A stretch of 64,000 bases of DNA from Octopus sinensis (GCF_006345805.1 NC_043012.1:37448001-37512000); one strand, 5' to 3'; counted from the first letter of the stretch, positions 13,492-28,501 are shown. Numbers and translations: made by a program. The notes: generated from the sequence alone by a model not told the origin.

Positions 13492-13560
<69 letters not shown>

Positions 13561-14579
13561 GTATGTATGTATATATATGTATGCGTGTGTGCACGTATGT
13601 GTATAGATACACACGCACACACATATACAACACACATATATGTATGTGTATCTGTATGCACGTATGCAGCAGTTTTAAAATTACGTGTCACAAGTTGATA
13701 AGTACAATGCGCAAAGTTCTTGGTGCACTTATGCAACTTTACAACTGCTACACAAATGCATATATATATATATGTATGTATGTGTGTATGAGTGTGTATG
13801 TATGTATGTATATATATATATGTACATATATATGCGTGTGTGTGTGTAAATATGCATGTATGTGCATGTGACAAGCTAAATGAAAACAGAGAATAGATCT
13901 TTGATGTATATTATGAATTGAAAATGTAAATGTAAGCCAGCAAAAGTTGAATACCACACACACACACACAGAAATATAGTAGTTTCACATAAATACGTAT
14001 ACACACAAATATCGATATAAACAGATGAAATATAAAATATCAAATCTAATAAAACCAAACTGGTTTAATCGAAGGAGAAAGCAGACGTAGAGAGGCCCAG
14101 AATCATAAAATAAGAAAACGTTAATTTCTTTGAAAACCGCTTTTAATTTCAGATCACTAATGGACCAAGGACAGCTGGCAGCCATTCGGGTTCAGCCTTA
14201 GTCTACATAATGACAATATTTTAAAAGTAATTTATTGCATTTTATTCAATTAATATCGGGTTCAAATTTATTTCAGTCATGAGAAATGTCGATCCCGTCT
14301 TTTCATTGAGAGTTTAAGTAAATAAAACAGATTGTGTGCACAATATGGCGGCGGAGATCTGACGAGAGTTTATCTAAGTGTGGATGTTGTTACACGGGAT
14401 TAATTGACACGAATGAAGATTTATGGTCTTCTCAATCCTATCTGTATTATATTATTTCGTTCAGGAAGCCGGGTAGCAGCAAATCCTTCCGTTTTTGTTA
14501 ACGTATTGTTAGATAAAGTTCTTTTCTGTATACTTTCTCCTTGCTTTTTTTTATAATGGAGTAAGAGTAAGAGTTAGGT

Positions 14580-15300
14580 GACATGTTCACACACACATAT
14601 ATATACACATACTCACCCATGCACACACATGCACACACATACATACACATGCACACACATACATACACATGCACACAATATACACACATGTACACACAGA
14701 TACACATGCACACACATGCCAACATATGAGAATACATGCACACGTATACACACATATACACACACATGCACACACATACATATACACACACATACACATG
14801 CACACACATATACACACATACATACACATACACACACAAATGCATATACATACACACATGCACGTACATAAGCATGCACACACGTGTACACACATATACA
14901 CACGTGTACACACATACACACATACACATATGCACACGCATACACACATATGCACACACATATACACACATACACACACATACATACACAAATGTGCACA
15001 CATGGTCACACATATACACACATACACACGCATGCACACACGTGTACACATACAATACACATATACATACATATACACGCATACGTACGCATGAATCATA
15101 TCCAAAAATTGTATATATTGTATGCGTTTATAAATGTATGTGCGTGGCTGCGGGGTAAGAAACTTCATTCCGACTTCAGCCTCACTGCGTGCCACCCTGT
15201 GGGTGGATTGGGTAGACGAGGGAAACTGAAGGAAGCGCTTTGTGTGTGTGTGTGTTTATACATACATACATACATACATACATACACATACATACATACA

Positions 15301-15334
<34 letters not shown>

Positions 15335-15425
15335 CATACATACATACATATATATACATGCATATACATATACATATACATATACATACATACATACAAA
15401 CATACATACATACATATATACATAC

Positions 15426-15468
<43 letters not shown>

Positions 15469-15562
15469 CATATGTATGTATATATATATATGTATATGTA
15501 AATATATATATATGGTATTTATGTAAATATGTATGTATATATATGTATGTAAGGATATCTAC

Positions 15563-15650
<88 letters not shown>

Positions 15651-15734
15651 GTCAGTCTGTCTGTCTGTCTGTCTGTCTGTCTAATCTTAAAACTTCCTGT
15701 CGGCTTTCGGCTTATAAATTGAAATAAATATATA

Positions 15735-15797
<63 letters not shown>

Positions 15798-16010
15798 ACA
15801 CACACACACATTCACACACACACACACATCACACACACACACTCACATACACACACACACGCACGCACACACACGCACAATACTCACACACATGTCTATA
15901 TATGTATGCATGTATGTATGCATGTATGTATGTATGTATCTATGTATGTATGTATGTATGTATGTATGCATGTATGTATGTATTATGTGCGCGTGTGTAT
16001 GTGTGTGTGT
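14580..16010. repeat. Compound microsatellite field (CA/TACA/TA/TATC/TCTG)
   Basis: Direct reading. Comparable fields at 136-1380, 18130-19000, 21050-22240, 25320-26000, 49080-50950; these produce most ORF-track entries. Confidence 0.95.
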
Positions 16011-16717
16011 TCACGTGACATTTCGCTGAGAAAACTGACGGGCACTAAATACCAGTGACAACACATCAATTTTTGGAACTTATTCAATATTCTTGGAATT
16101 TACCTAAAATTCTTGGCAAGAATCCTCCAAGATCTTTCTTAAAGTGGCTAAACTGTCAGACACACAAACTACAAGGGTGAGGCACCACATTTGCGCGAGA
16201 AACCGGTCCATTCTCAGCAGGTTGTTCGGTGTGTATTTAGACAAGGTATTTAGTTTTAGTTTTAGGTGGAGGTGCGTGGCTCTGTGGTTAGGATGTTGCG
16301 CTGGTGATCGTGGGTTCGATTTCCAGACGTTGCTCCAGTTCACTCAGCTATAAATGCGTGACCCTGCGACGGATTAGCCTTCAGATTGGGGGTGGGGATG
16401 TTGGCCAGTTCGGCCGGACATCATTTGAAAGCTAAGACGATACAAAGGGTATTGTGACCAACGTCCAACAGTCTTGTCTATCACGTGATTTAGTTTTATA
16501 CGTTATTGTTAACCACATTAGCAGATATGGTGATGTCGGGAAGTATTTTAGTTTGTAAATATGTAGATATGAGTTTGATCTCATATCTTGAGATGTTTTT
16601 ACCATAGCCTTGGGTGGATCAAAGACTACAGTTGACAGAAATTGTGTGGGAAACCCTTCGGGTTAGATCCTTCCTGATTCTAGGGTGGCCGACGTAATCA
16701 GTTCCTCTGTTAACACC

Positions 16718-16800
16718 ACCATCAACACCACCACCACCACCACCACCACCACCACCACCACCACCACCACCACCACCACCACCACCACCACCACCACCAT
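16718..16800. repeat. (CCA)n microsatellite
   Basis: Direct reading. Confidence 0.95.
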
Positions 16801-17706
16801 CACCTGACCCTGGGGACAATTAGCGGAGTCTAACTTTGTTGTAATTATTCAGAGCAGATGTTCAGTCCGGGGATATCTTCATTCTGTCCATCAAACAAGT
16901 ATCGGATACCTGGGAAAGAACCATGAGTGCGTCCTTCACACTCTGAATGGGGTCACATCACACGAGATAATTGTTTCTAATTTAGGTCCAAGACTGGCAG
17001 TTTTAAGGGGAGAAGGTGTCAGTCATTTTTCGACTTCAGTACTTGACTGGTTCTTTATTTTAGCGATCCTAGATGAATTAAAGTCAAATTTGACTTTGGT
17101 GGGATTTGACATAAGATGATGAAGATCCGTAACAAATACAGCAAGGTATTTTTTCACGGATGTCCTAATGATTCCGCTAATCCTGATTAAAAAATGATAA
17201 AAAGCAAAACAAATCATACGAGGTTATCTATGTGATATTTAGTTATATCATCTTACGTACGTTTCATTAACTTTAAGGTGATCATAAGTTACATAACGTA
17301 AATTACATAACCAAGCCAAGACAATGTCAAATCATCAGATACGTATAACGTCTATTCATAACATTATTAGATTGGAAATATAGTAGAATTCACAAATATG
17401 ATATAATCAAGAATAATTAGTGGAATATAATTGATAAAGTAATTAAAATAAAAATTTAGATAAATCCTAATTAATGCTATAGCTTAATCGTTAGTCTTAA
17501 TCACATCAGATTTCTATTAATCACATCAATCTCGGAACTCCACTCTTACAAACTGCGAGAGCAGCTAGAAGGTATGGGTGGATATGTAAGGAAGGAGAAA
17601 TCTGAGAGCCCTTTTCTCCCAGACATTCATTACAGCAAGTTAATTTTAAATGGAAATAGAAGTGACAGATGGAGATATATAAATACACTTCCATTCAACT
17701 GTTACC

Positions 17707-17783
17707 ACTGTCATTGACAGTGTCATTGACACTACACTGTCATTGACACTACACTGTCATTGACACTACACTGTCATTGACAG
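17707..17783. repeat. 17-bp minisatellite with five TGTCATTGACA palindromes
   Basis: Direct reading. Confidence 0.9.
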
Positions 17784-17834
17784 AACTAAGCGACTCTCCC
17801 GTATACCTATACATATATAAATACATACATACAA

Positions 17835-18055
17835 AAAAGAGAGAAGGAGTTTGCAAATCCAGTACCCAAATACCTTTTCAACTTCATACCTATCATTATT
17901 GGGGCGACGAGATACATAGCAACCCACTTGGAGCAAAGCATGGCTGAACTTGGGTTCTTTGGGAGAGAACGCAGATCCTTAATTCATACACTACAAATAA
18001 TTATGATATATGGGCCTATGAAAATCTGCAAGGCCTTAAGATTGAAAGGATGATG
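17835..18055 (+). mobile_element. C-terminal fragment of an RLE-type LINE
   Basis: Reads FNFIPIIIGATRYIATHLEQSMAELGFFGRERRSLIHTLQIIMIYGPMKICKALRLKG*, resembling the IPIIIGALG...GT.KI ends of R4/NeSL-like ORFs. Confidence 0.45.
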
Positions 18056-18433
18056 AGCAGAACAAGAGGATTTCTTTCCCAACCTTGCTACCAAGTAAGT
18101 GATCGGTCAAAATTTACTGTAAGTTAAAGAGAAAGAGGACATACATATATACATACATCTATATGTATAAATATATGCATAGATACATGCATATATATAT
18201 ATATATATATGTATACATACACATATTTAAAAATTCATACATATACACACACATACACATACGCACAGCCGCAAACAGACTCTCTCACAAATACTTATTT
18301 GTATGCACTTACGCACGTGCACACATATATGATTACATATGCATACATACATGTATGCATGCATACATACATACATAGAGAGATATAAACATGGATGCAT
18401 ACATACATACACCCATACATACATATCTATCTT

Positions 18434-18472
<39 letters not shown>

Positions 18473-18487
18473 CTATCTATCTATCTG

Positions 18488-18518
<31 letters not shown>

Positions 18519-18557
18519 GTCTATCTATCTATCTATCTGTCTATCTATCTATCTATA

Positions 18558-18634
<77 letters not shown>

Positions 18635-18636
<2 letters not shown>

Positions 18637-18812
18637 ACTGGAGTAAGCACATAAATGCAAAATAAGAAGAAAAAATAGTACTCGAATACCAGAGGTAGAG
18701 TAATATGCTTTATTCAAAAGCAGCAGAAATATCACAAAATCTGTTACTCAGAGTTTCGGGAACGCGAAACTCTGAGTAACAGTTTTTGCAATATTTCTGT
18801 TGCTTTTTGATA
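18635..18812. mobile_element. Palindromic Penelope-type end, same family as 54880-55127, inverted within ribozyme stem II
   Basis: Shares tatactggagtaa(g/a)cacataaatg...ggtagagtaatatgctttatt with 54880-54960; arms 18716-18758 and 18765-18808 each carry only GAAACTCTGAGTAACAG. Confidence 0.7.
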
Positions 18813-18903
18813 AAGTACATACATACATGCATACATACATACATACATACATACATACATACATACATACATACATACATACATAACATATCTATTCTAT
18901 CTA

Positions 18904-18962
<59 letters not shown>

Positions 18963-19618
18963 ACATACATACATACATATATATATATATATTATATATG
19001 TATATACATATACATATATCCCATTCACACACATACGTACGTATACTCAGATATACGCACCTACATTTACATAAACGTAAATATACAAGATATTCGAGTG
19101 TTAATCCCGCAGTGGCTAAATCCACCTAAGCCACCTAGGCAGTTCATAGGGAAATACGTTTCATAAGACTTAGTGTGCAATATAAAGTAAATATGTACAA
19201 TGCTAATCCACAGAACAGGTGTGGTATTAATTCCTAGCAAAACGCGAATTAAAGGTGAGCAAATAGTTTTGCTTTTTTCTTCTACCGTTCACCTTTTTAA
19301 AAACATATATTTTACCTGAGCACATCTCATTATTTTCGCTTCAAGCTCGAAACAAAACATAAATCTCTTGTTTTACAAGGATTAAACACGTGTTTCTTTA
19401 TCGTTTCTTAATTGATCTGTGTATCGAACTGCTTAAAAACCTATTACTAACTTTATTTGTTTTGCTTTAAGGACAGCTCTGTGTGTGTGTGTGTGTGCGA
19501 ATGTGTGTGTACGTGCGTGCGTTGTCTACTGCATAGCTTCCTTCCTAGATAGCAAATGCAGATCTAGGTAACGTGATATATTTCTTTCTTTATGTATATA
19601 TAGATACATATATATAGT

Positions 19619-19668
<50 letters not shown>

Positions 19669-19811
19669 ATAATTATATATATATTATATATATATGTGTA
19701 TCTTAAAACAAAGGCAAATAAGAAAAACAACAAAAATACAAGGCAAGTTCACAGTTAATAGTATTAGTCTGATGCTCAAAGAAAGAATAAACGCTGTAAA
19801 CTAAAAGTCAT

Positions 19812-19843
19812 GACGTTTCGGAAATAGTCCCTCGTCGGAGGGC
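19812..19843 (-). ncRNA. Minimal hammerhead motif (CCGACGA core) at the end of a decayed Penelope-type fragment (~19700-20100)
   Basis: CCGACGA-GGGA(ctat)TTCC-GAAACGTC; stem I disrupted. Confidence 0.5.
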
Positions 19844-20193
19844 AGTAGAGCCAAAGGCAGTAGAAACTGGGAAGATAAGGAAGAGTCGAAAGGAGATAAA
19901 GCAACGCGTGTGGGTTAGGTTATATCTGTAATAAAAAGCGTAACCGTCACTTCCAACCGAGTACGAACTTTTAGCTTGTACCAGGCTTTCGCTAATTTTT
20001 AAAGTTATTATGGAGTCGCGTACAGACAGACACTCTCTCTGCTCTGACACCCTCGATCCAGTAGCCAAATGGAAGGGGAGAGAATTGAACACGCATTGTG
20101 AGTTGAGTAGACTGGGGCAACGTGAGATGAGATGCCCTTCTTCAAGACACGACTGGAGTCCAATGCTTTCGCTACAAAGCTACTCGCCTACAT

Positions 20194-20226
<33 letters not shown>

Positions 20227-20237
20227 CACACACATAA

Positions 20238-20270
<33 letters not shown>

Positions 20271-21044
20271 CAACACATGTGCACTTAGGTAGGATATTCT
20301 TTTAATCTCTGCTCAATGAATAGCTTCGTTCAATGACCTTTCCTTAAAGAATTATCGATGGTCAAAGTTCTCGGGAGCAAATTTGATTTCAGGGTCTTTC
20401 GGTTCTTTAACTGAGCAGAGTGGCGGGTGGGGAGCCTCTACCCGATCAGTCAGCTTGCTAGAAATAGCAACCCCAAACTCCCTGAATCCACACAATAACT
20501 ATCTTAGATAGAGAAAGAACAGACGTTTATGTTAATTCAAGATACCCCCACAAAATATAGATGGGACACCCATAGCTGGAAAGACCTTTGATTATCGATC
20601 TGTTTGATCAGGATTGATCTTAACACTAAACAACAACAACAACAACAACAACAACGACGACGGCGCTATTTACTCATCGATATTTACGTTAGTAATTGTC
20701 TTTAATTTTGGCTCCAGTGCACCAGGCTCGGAAGGAGGGGGTGGGGAATAGTCGATATCATCGATCTGAGTAATTGACTGGTACGAAAGGCAAGCTTGAT
20801 TTCGCGGGATTTGAACTCAGGAACACAGGGAGTTGGAACGAGTAGAGCAAAGTAATTTTGTCGGCGCTACAACGACTCTATCAACCTTTACCGTCCTTAT
20901 ATATATATTTCCTACCGTTTATTTTTTACTGGCTTCAGTCATTGGACTGCGGCCATGCTGGGGCATCGCTTTCATAGGTTTTAGTCGAACAAACTCGCTT
21001 TATTAGAATACTTCTGAAGAAAATCAGTCACTCATTTAATTGAG

Positions 21045-21122
<78 letters not shown>

Positions 21123-21193
21123 GCGTATCTATCTACCTGCTTGTCAACCTGTCTGTCCGTCCGTCCGTTCATCCGTCCGCCTGCCTGCCTGCC

Positions 21194-21254
<61 letters not shown>

Positions 21255-21283
21255 ATCTAACTGTCTGTCTGTCTGTCTGTCTT

Positions 21284-21378
<95 letters not shown>

Positions 21379-21479
21379 GTCTGTCTGTCTGTCTGTCTGT
21401 CTGTCCGCCTGCCTGTCTGCCTGTCTGTCTGTCTGTCGGTCTGTCTGTCTGCCTGTCTGTCTGTCTGTCGGTCTGTCTT

Positions 21480-21631
<152 letters not shown>

Positions 21632-22035
21632 GCTGGCTCCCTCATTAGCTAACTTCAAATTTAAACAGTTAGCTATTTATTCGTTTATCTGTATCTCTCT
21701 TTATCTACCTTTCTGCCAATCTATCTCTATCTCCATCTAACCGTTTGTGTTGTTGTCAGTCAGCCTGTTCGTTTGACTGTTTGTCTGTGTGTCCTATCGT
21801 GAAATCTCATCAATATTTGTATTCAGCTGGCAAGTAATCTCGCAAAATAATTAAACAGACATCTTGACGGCGACTTAGTTTTGTTTAGGCGGAAACAATA
21901 TTTTGGCGATTAAATTAAGAACTGCGCGTACTGTACTGTGGTGATTGTGCCTGAGATAGTGTAGATATATATCTGTGTTTGTGTGTGTGTGTGTGTGTGC
22001 GTATATATATATATATATCATGCATATATACATAG

Positions 22036-22076
<41 letters not shown>

Positions 22077-22156
22077 TATATATATATAAATATAGATATA
22101 TATGTATGTATGTATATATATCTATCTATCTATATCTATCTATCTATCTATCTATC

Positions 22157-22228
<72 letters not shown>

Positions 22229-24620
22229 ATGTATGTATAAGTATATAACTATGCGTGTCTGCAGCGCTCACTGCGTAAGGGAAGGAAATCGATAGCTCTC
22301 AGACCCTATTAACCAAATAAATAAAAAAAAATCGATCCAGCTTGAAAGTAAATTACCTTACACTAATCACGTTATTGATCTCTGTCAGCCTACCTACCCG
22401 GAACAAATATACGAAATAAAAGAATACAAAAATAAAAATAAAATAACGTAAAATTAAAATAAATGAAACAGTTTTGGAGATTCCAACTGTCGATCAGAAG
22501 ACAAGAGCGCCAAAAGCCGTGGAACTTACATAATTCCACGTTTTTGGTCTCTGTCCATCTTGGGTCTATTTTAGCAACAAGTTGTCATGTTATACAGGTA
22601 GTTTTGTTCAGGTGACTTACATACGTTGTTCTTGCTTCTTATAGTAAACGTACATGGATCTCCGTCGGTGCTGTCGATGACCATTGCAGTTGTTCCAGCC
22701 ACCGAACAGACTGTCTATTGAATTAAGTGGCTGAGTAAAGACGAGTGTGTGTGTGCTGGCCTTGTGCTAAAATTTGAAACCAATATAATCCATAATCCCC
22801 AAACAGAATCAACGTAACGCAATATATAACAAGGCAGAAGCGGCGAACTGACAGACTCGTTAGCATGCCGGGTAAAATGCTTAGCGACATTTCGTCCGGC
22901 ATTACATTTTTGAGTTCAAATTTCGCCGAGATCAACATTGCCTTTCAATCTTTCGGGGTCGATAGCAGAAGTACCAGCTGTGCAATGGGGTTGATGGAAA
23001 TTTTCTGGATGCATATTCACAGTTTCAAGAAATCTATAGATGACTTGAATGTTTATAGTAAACAGAATCCAAGAAAATTGGGGAAGGTCACCAAGGACGA
23101 AAAGTTTTGAGAATGGATAGGTTTGGATATGTTTGTAAGCCATTACCAACAGCTTGATCAACTTCTTCATCTTTCTCTACTCTCTGATGAATGACAATAA
23201 TCCAAAACGTTAGATTTTTTTCTCATTGCTGTTATGAACTTTACCAGTATTTTACGAATTCCTCTTTAGATATTTCGGAGGTGTACTTTCCTGGCACTGA
23301 GATCGTCTGTTGAAACTAAAACGATTATATTGCGGAAGACACATTGCCAGACATTCAAAAACATGCAAAAGCGGTCAACTTCACTTAAATATTTATTATT
23401 TGTTACATGGTGTCAACATTTTCGACGCTCGAACTGCGACCTGGTCACTGACATCATTACACTTTTGCATAATCTTACCAGTTAACAATCTCTGGGTGTT
23501 TTTGAATAGCCAACATGAGTTTTCCACTCTGTAATCGTTTTTAGATATTTTATTAACGACCGGGACTCATTCACCATTCTTTTCCTATTCCGGACTTTAC
23601 TCTTTTAAGACTAGAATTGGAGATTTACGATAATTAAACTATAATGTAACGTCACTATCTTGATGAGTAAATTTTGATTTTCCTTTAGAAACGGCAGAAA
23701 AATAATAGACGTTGTTTATTTCCCGTTGACACCCAAAGAAACTTGCTTCACCTACGAATATAATTTAATCTTTAACGTTCAAGCGATCTCGATAAGCAAT
23801 CTTTGATTGATAAAACATTCTGTACAGACAGCACAGAACTTAAATGACTTTCTGGATGTCAGAGTTTATAGACACGAGCATGAGTTACAGCTTTTCCCAA
23901 GCAGGTAACTAGAACCTGTTAAAATATTTTCTGGCGTTCCAATTACCTGAGATTAAGTTTCATTTCATGTTACCTCGTCCTACTTAATTATTTTATCACA
24001 TTTCATTTTCGGTATCTGATTGTTTATCAGTTTCCAATATCTGTGCCTTGATGACATTTAAGAATTTATGTGTCCAATTAGCAGTTTTATTAAAATCAAG
24101 GTATGACGAAGGGAATTGATAATGATAAATACACCGAATATCACCAGAGTGTACGTAAGTCGGGAGTGACTTCGTTAATTATATCTCGATCATGATTAAT
24201 AAGTCTGACTTAATGATTCTGAAGATAACCGAATTATTTATCCAACGAACTTTTGTCATATGCAAATACGTATAGACAAATACATACACACATATGTATG
24301 TATACAAAGTACTATACATATACATATACACACACCACACATATATTATAATATATATATATATATATATTATTATATAATATATTATATATATATATAT
24401 ATTATGGAATATATATGTATGATATACACACACGTGTGTGTGTGTGTAAATGCATGTACAGGCAATGCCCCAGCATGGTCGCAATCAAATGCCTTGAAAC
24501 AAGTAAAATATTTCCACTTTAGTCAAAGTATTGAGTGCTATACTAGATATATTAAATATACTAGCTGACCCCATGCCGTCAATAATGACGGCTAATTGTA
24601 GCATTTTATATGTAAATAAG

Positions 24621-24790
24621 GTACATAATAATAAAGTACATAATAATAAAGTACATAATAATAAAGTACATAATAATAAGGTACATAATAATAAGGTACA
24701 TAATAATATGGTACATAATAATCACACACACAATCATTCACATACTTTCCTTGTACACACACACAATCATTCACATACTTTCCTTGTACA
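24621..24790. repeat. 15-bp minisatellite (gtacataataataa(a/g)) x~7 followed by a duplicated ~33-mer
   Basis: Direct reading. Confidence 0.9.
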
Positions 24791-25598
24791 CACACACACA
24801 CACACACACACACATACTCACATTGAGTTGAAAAGCTGTTTGATTTTTCTTTCCAGCGTTGAATATTCACCCTCCCACTACCACATTACCATCACCCTAT
24901 CCTTCCTTAATCATCTATCACCCCTTCCTTCCTCATTCATATGTTGTGACGGAGAAAGGACACAAGCGTATCATTAGAGTAAAAGATACATTTTAATATA
25001 TCTCTTAACTCTTACATTACGATTAACACTGCTGTACGCGTGTGTGCACATATGAACACATTCGGTGGAGTGGTCACGTTCGAAATATACGCTATGCATA
25101 ATGAATGCATTTCTATGTGTCTATAGTTATATGTATGCGTATGTATGCATCTATGGATTTGCATATTTTTGCATGAATATGTTAATGAGATTCTTTTCCT
25201 GAGTGTGTATGTAATTGTGTGTGTTTGAGTGTCGGTCAGTGTGGTCGAGAGCTGGACAAGGCGATTCCTGTGTGTGTTTGTGTTGCTTAGTATGTACGTG
25301 AGTATGAATACATAGGCACGCGAGTCATTTCACACACACACATTCACACACACACACACGCACACACACACACTCACGTACATATATATTATATATGTAT
25401 GCATATACACATATGTCTATGAATGTATATCTATATATTATATGCACATATGTATATATGTGCATATATGTGCATATATGTATGTATGAGTTGTATGTAT
25501 GTGTATATATATATATCTTTTAAATGTATTTACGTACGTATGTCTCTTTCTCTCTCTCTAATATATATATTGCACACACACACACACACACACGCGCA

Positions 25599-25630
<32 letters not shown>

Positions 25631-25735
25631 CACACACACACACACACCACACACACACACCCACACATATATATATATATGTTATGTATATATATGTATA
25701 TGTATATATATAGTACATATATATATATGTATGTA

Positions 25736-25826
<91 letters not shown>

Positions 25827-26939
25827 GTAAATATATATATATATATATATATACGTATGTACGCATGCACACACACATATATATATGGATATGGATGTGG
25901 GAATAAATTACGATGGATGTACTTGTGTGCATGTGGATATCTGCAGTGCATGTGTGTGTATGCATGTGTACGTCTATGTATTTGTTTTTTTTTTATAAAT
26001 AACAAATAAATCTAATATAACAAAAAAACAAATAAAAACTAAAAGTAAATAAAAAAAAACAAAAAAGAGAAGGAAAAAACATGTCTGTTGTTATTCAGTT
26101 GCAGCGTTTCTGGTGAAGCGTCTCACAGATTGTTTAATGTTTCCGGAGAACTGACAACGGAGCATGAATTAATGGTCAAACTTCGAAACAAAAATCGTCC
26201 AGTCGACGGCAGATGAAAATAACAACTAAGGAACTAAGAAAACACTCATAAAAGAGCAGCTTCCGAAAACTAGTTTCCTTCTGCAGATTTATGGCGATTT
26301 TTTTTGACAAAAGTAACAGATTCTTCGGAAAAAAAAAAGAAGAAAGTTTTGTTTCAAGTGGAGTTTAGAATAGATTAATAATTTCGACTCATTATTTATA
26401 GATTGAAAAAGTTCAATAATTATATTGTTGGCTTTTTGTTCCGTCAGCTTTAATCAATTTCCATGTTCCCCAAGAATCGTTGGAACACCGGACAAACTGC
26501 TTACCGACATTTTGTCTGTCATTACGTTCTGAGTTCGAATTCCGCCGAGGTCCACTTTGCCTTTCATCCTTTCGGAGTCGATAAAATTAAATATCAGTTG
26601 AGCACTGGGGTCAATGTAATCGACTTACCCTCTACCCTCAAATTGCTGGCCTTCTGCCTAAATTTAAAACTAATATTTGGATTAAGGCGGCGAGCTGGCA
26701 GAATCGTTAGAACACCGGACAAAATGCTGCTGCTAAGCATTTTGTCCGTGATTACGTTCTGAATTCAACAACAACAACGGCGACGACTTCAGCAGCAGCA
26801 ACAACAACAACAGCTAATAATCTAATGAGCTGTATACTGAGAGTAGGATGTGAAATGAGGAAGAGGAATTGAACTGTTGGCTGGTTGGGTCACCGGAAGA
26901 CCTCCGACAATCTTCCACGTTCCTGGCTCTCGGAGTGTC

Positions 26940-28501
26940 TGAGGAGGTTTGGAGTCAAGGAGAGGATAAAGAGGTTTTTGGAAAAAATCAGTAAGAGAAA
27001 GAGAAGTAGAACTAACATGAGCAAATGAATTGCGAGGAAACGTGAATGTAGTCAGGGGAAGATTTCAAGGAAACTTGCCCTTGTCCTTACTCTTCGTCAT
27101 TGCATTAATCCCCTTGAAAACTGTACTGAGAAAATCTAGGCCTGCTTTTATAAGGATGACTTCAAACTAAATAAAGACCTGGATCCTCTAATCCAGACAG
27201 TAAGAGTATTCAAAAAGGAGATTGGAATGATGTTTGCGGTTAATAAATGTGTAGAGTTAATTATGAAAAAAGGACACAAGACAAACGTTGATGATGCAAA
27301 ATCACCACAAGACCGCTATGGAGCAATGAAGAATATGGATACCTAAGAGTGCTGCAAGGTGATAGGAATAATGGAATAAGAAATGGAAGAGAAAGTGTAC
27401 CCAACGTGCAAGAGAAGAACTAAGGAGATGCTCGAAACAAAAGTAAATGGAAGAAATATCATTAAAGCAATAAGTAGATGGGCTATGCTAGTATTGAGAT
27501 GCTCTGTTACTTTTCTAAAATGGACCAAGGTCGAAGTACGGAACTTAGAAGAACTGGGAACCTGCTCCAAATGCACAACTCACCCGACTCTGAAATTAAT
27601 AGCAAACAAGAAAGAAATGAAGCAGGTCTACTAAACGCAAAAGACATCGTTAGTCCTGCGATATTGGAAGTTGAAATATTATGTTGTGCAGTGTGAAGAA
27701 AGAATACAATCGGCGCTTAAAGATGCCCATAAATTTATTGAAACAATAGAATTCATGAAGAGAAGGAAGAATAGGAGTGCAAGCAGATGGAAAGAAATAG
27801 AATTACATGGTCAAATGGTGGAAGTAAAGAATACTGGTTCTGGGTGACGAATGGTGACTTGAAACAATAGACAGAAATGCTAATTATAGCCGCTCAGTAA
27901 CCAGCCATTAGAGCAAATCTGATGAAGGCAAAGATCAAGAAAAAAATTTGTCAGACATCAGAAAAGAAGATGAAGATATCCATCATCGTTTTAGTGAATG
28001 CAGTTAGCTAGCACGGAAAGAGTATAAGCGCAGTCATGACTGCAGATGAAAGAGTGCATCGAGATGTTAGTCGAGTGTGTTGCTTCGAAATAACAGGAGA
28101 GTGGTATGAGCACGAACGAAAGGCTGTGATAGAAGATAAGAATTACAAGATCTTATGGAACTTCCCAATAAAAACTGACTGTATTGTTGAAGCAAGAAGA
28201 CCAGATCTGATTAAGGAGGGGAATAACCAAACAGTAGATTTTGCTTTTCGTTATGATAACAGTCGATGCCAAATAATTTTTAAAAAAAATGAGAAGTATC
28301 AGGATATAACCAGAAATGTGAAGAGTTTGAGGAAGACTAAAACAACAATAATTCCTGTAGGAAATGGTGCGTTTGGCACAACACCCAAAACGGTACCCAA
28401 AAGCTTTAAAGAGATTGGAATTAAAACTCGCATTGGCGACCTGCAGAAAAGTAGCATCATATATTCTACAAGACTCCTTAGAGAGATCCTTGAGATTTGA
28501 G
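26940..28501 (+). mobile_element. Old, heavily decayed R4-clade LINE relic
   Basis: Degenerate GIFQGD-like motif near 27060 (FQGNLPLSLLFVIALIP); ETKVNGRNIIKAISRWA (ORF 27383); endonuclease segment WYEHE..KILWNFPIKTD..EARRPDL..NEKYQD..IIPVGNGAFGT (ORF 28036). Confidence 0.8.

Larger units (their letters stand above)
11249..13497. repeat. Tandem duplication, period ~1171 bp
   Basis: 11249-12328 and 12420-13497 about 99% identical, with an 11-nt indel and a handful of substitutions; boundaries in (TA)n(CA)n tracts. Confidence 0.93.

Noticed and set aside
23181-23214. tctCTGATGAatgacaataatccAAAACGTTaga as a hammerhead (also weaker hints near 30285, 36590-36685 and 63005)
   Set aside because: G12 and stem II are mutated or the core is missing, so these are too degenerate to call. 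Some may be decayed family members.
24621-24790. Regular short repeats resembling a CRISPR array (also 2987-3112 and 17707-17783)
   Set aside because: Head-to-tail tandem units without unique spacers, no cas genes, eukaryotic context.
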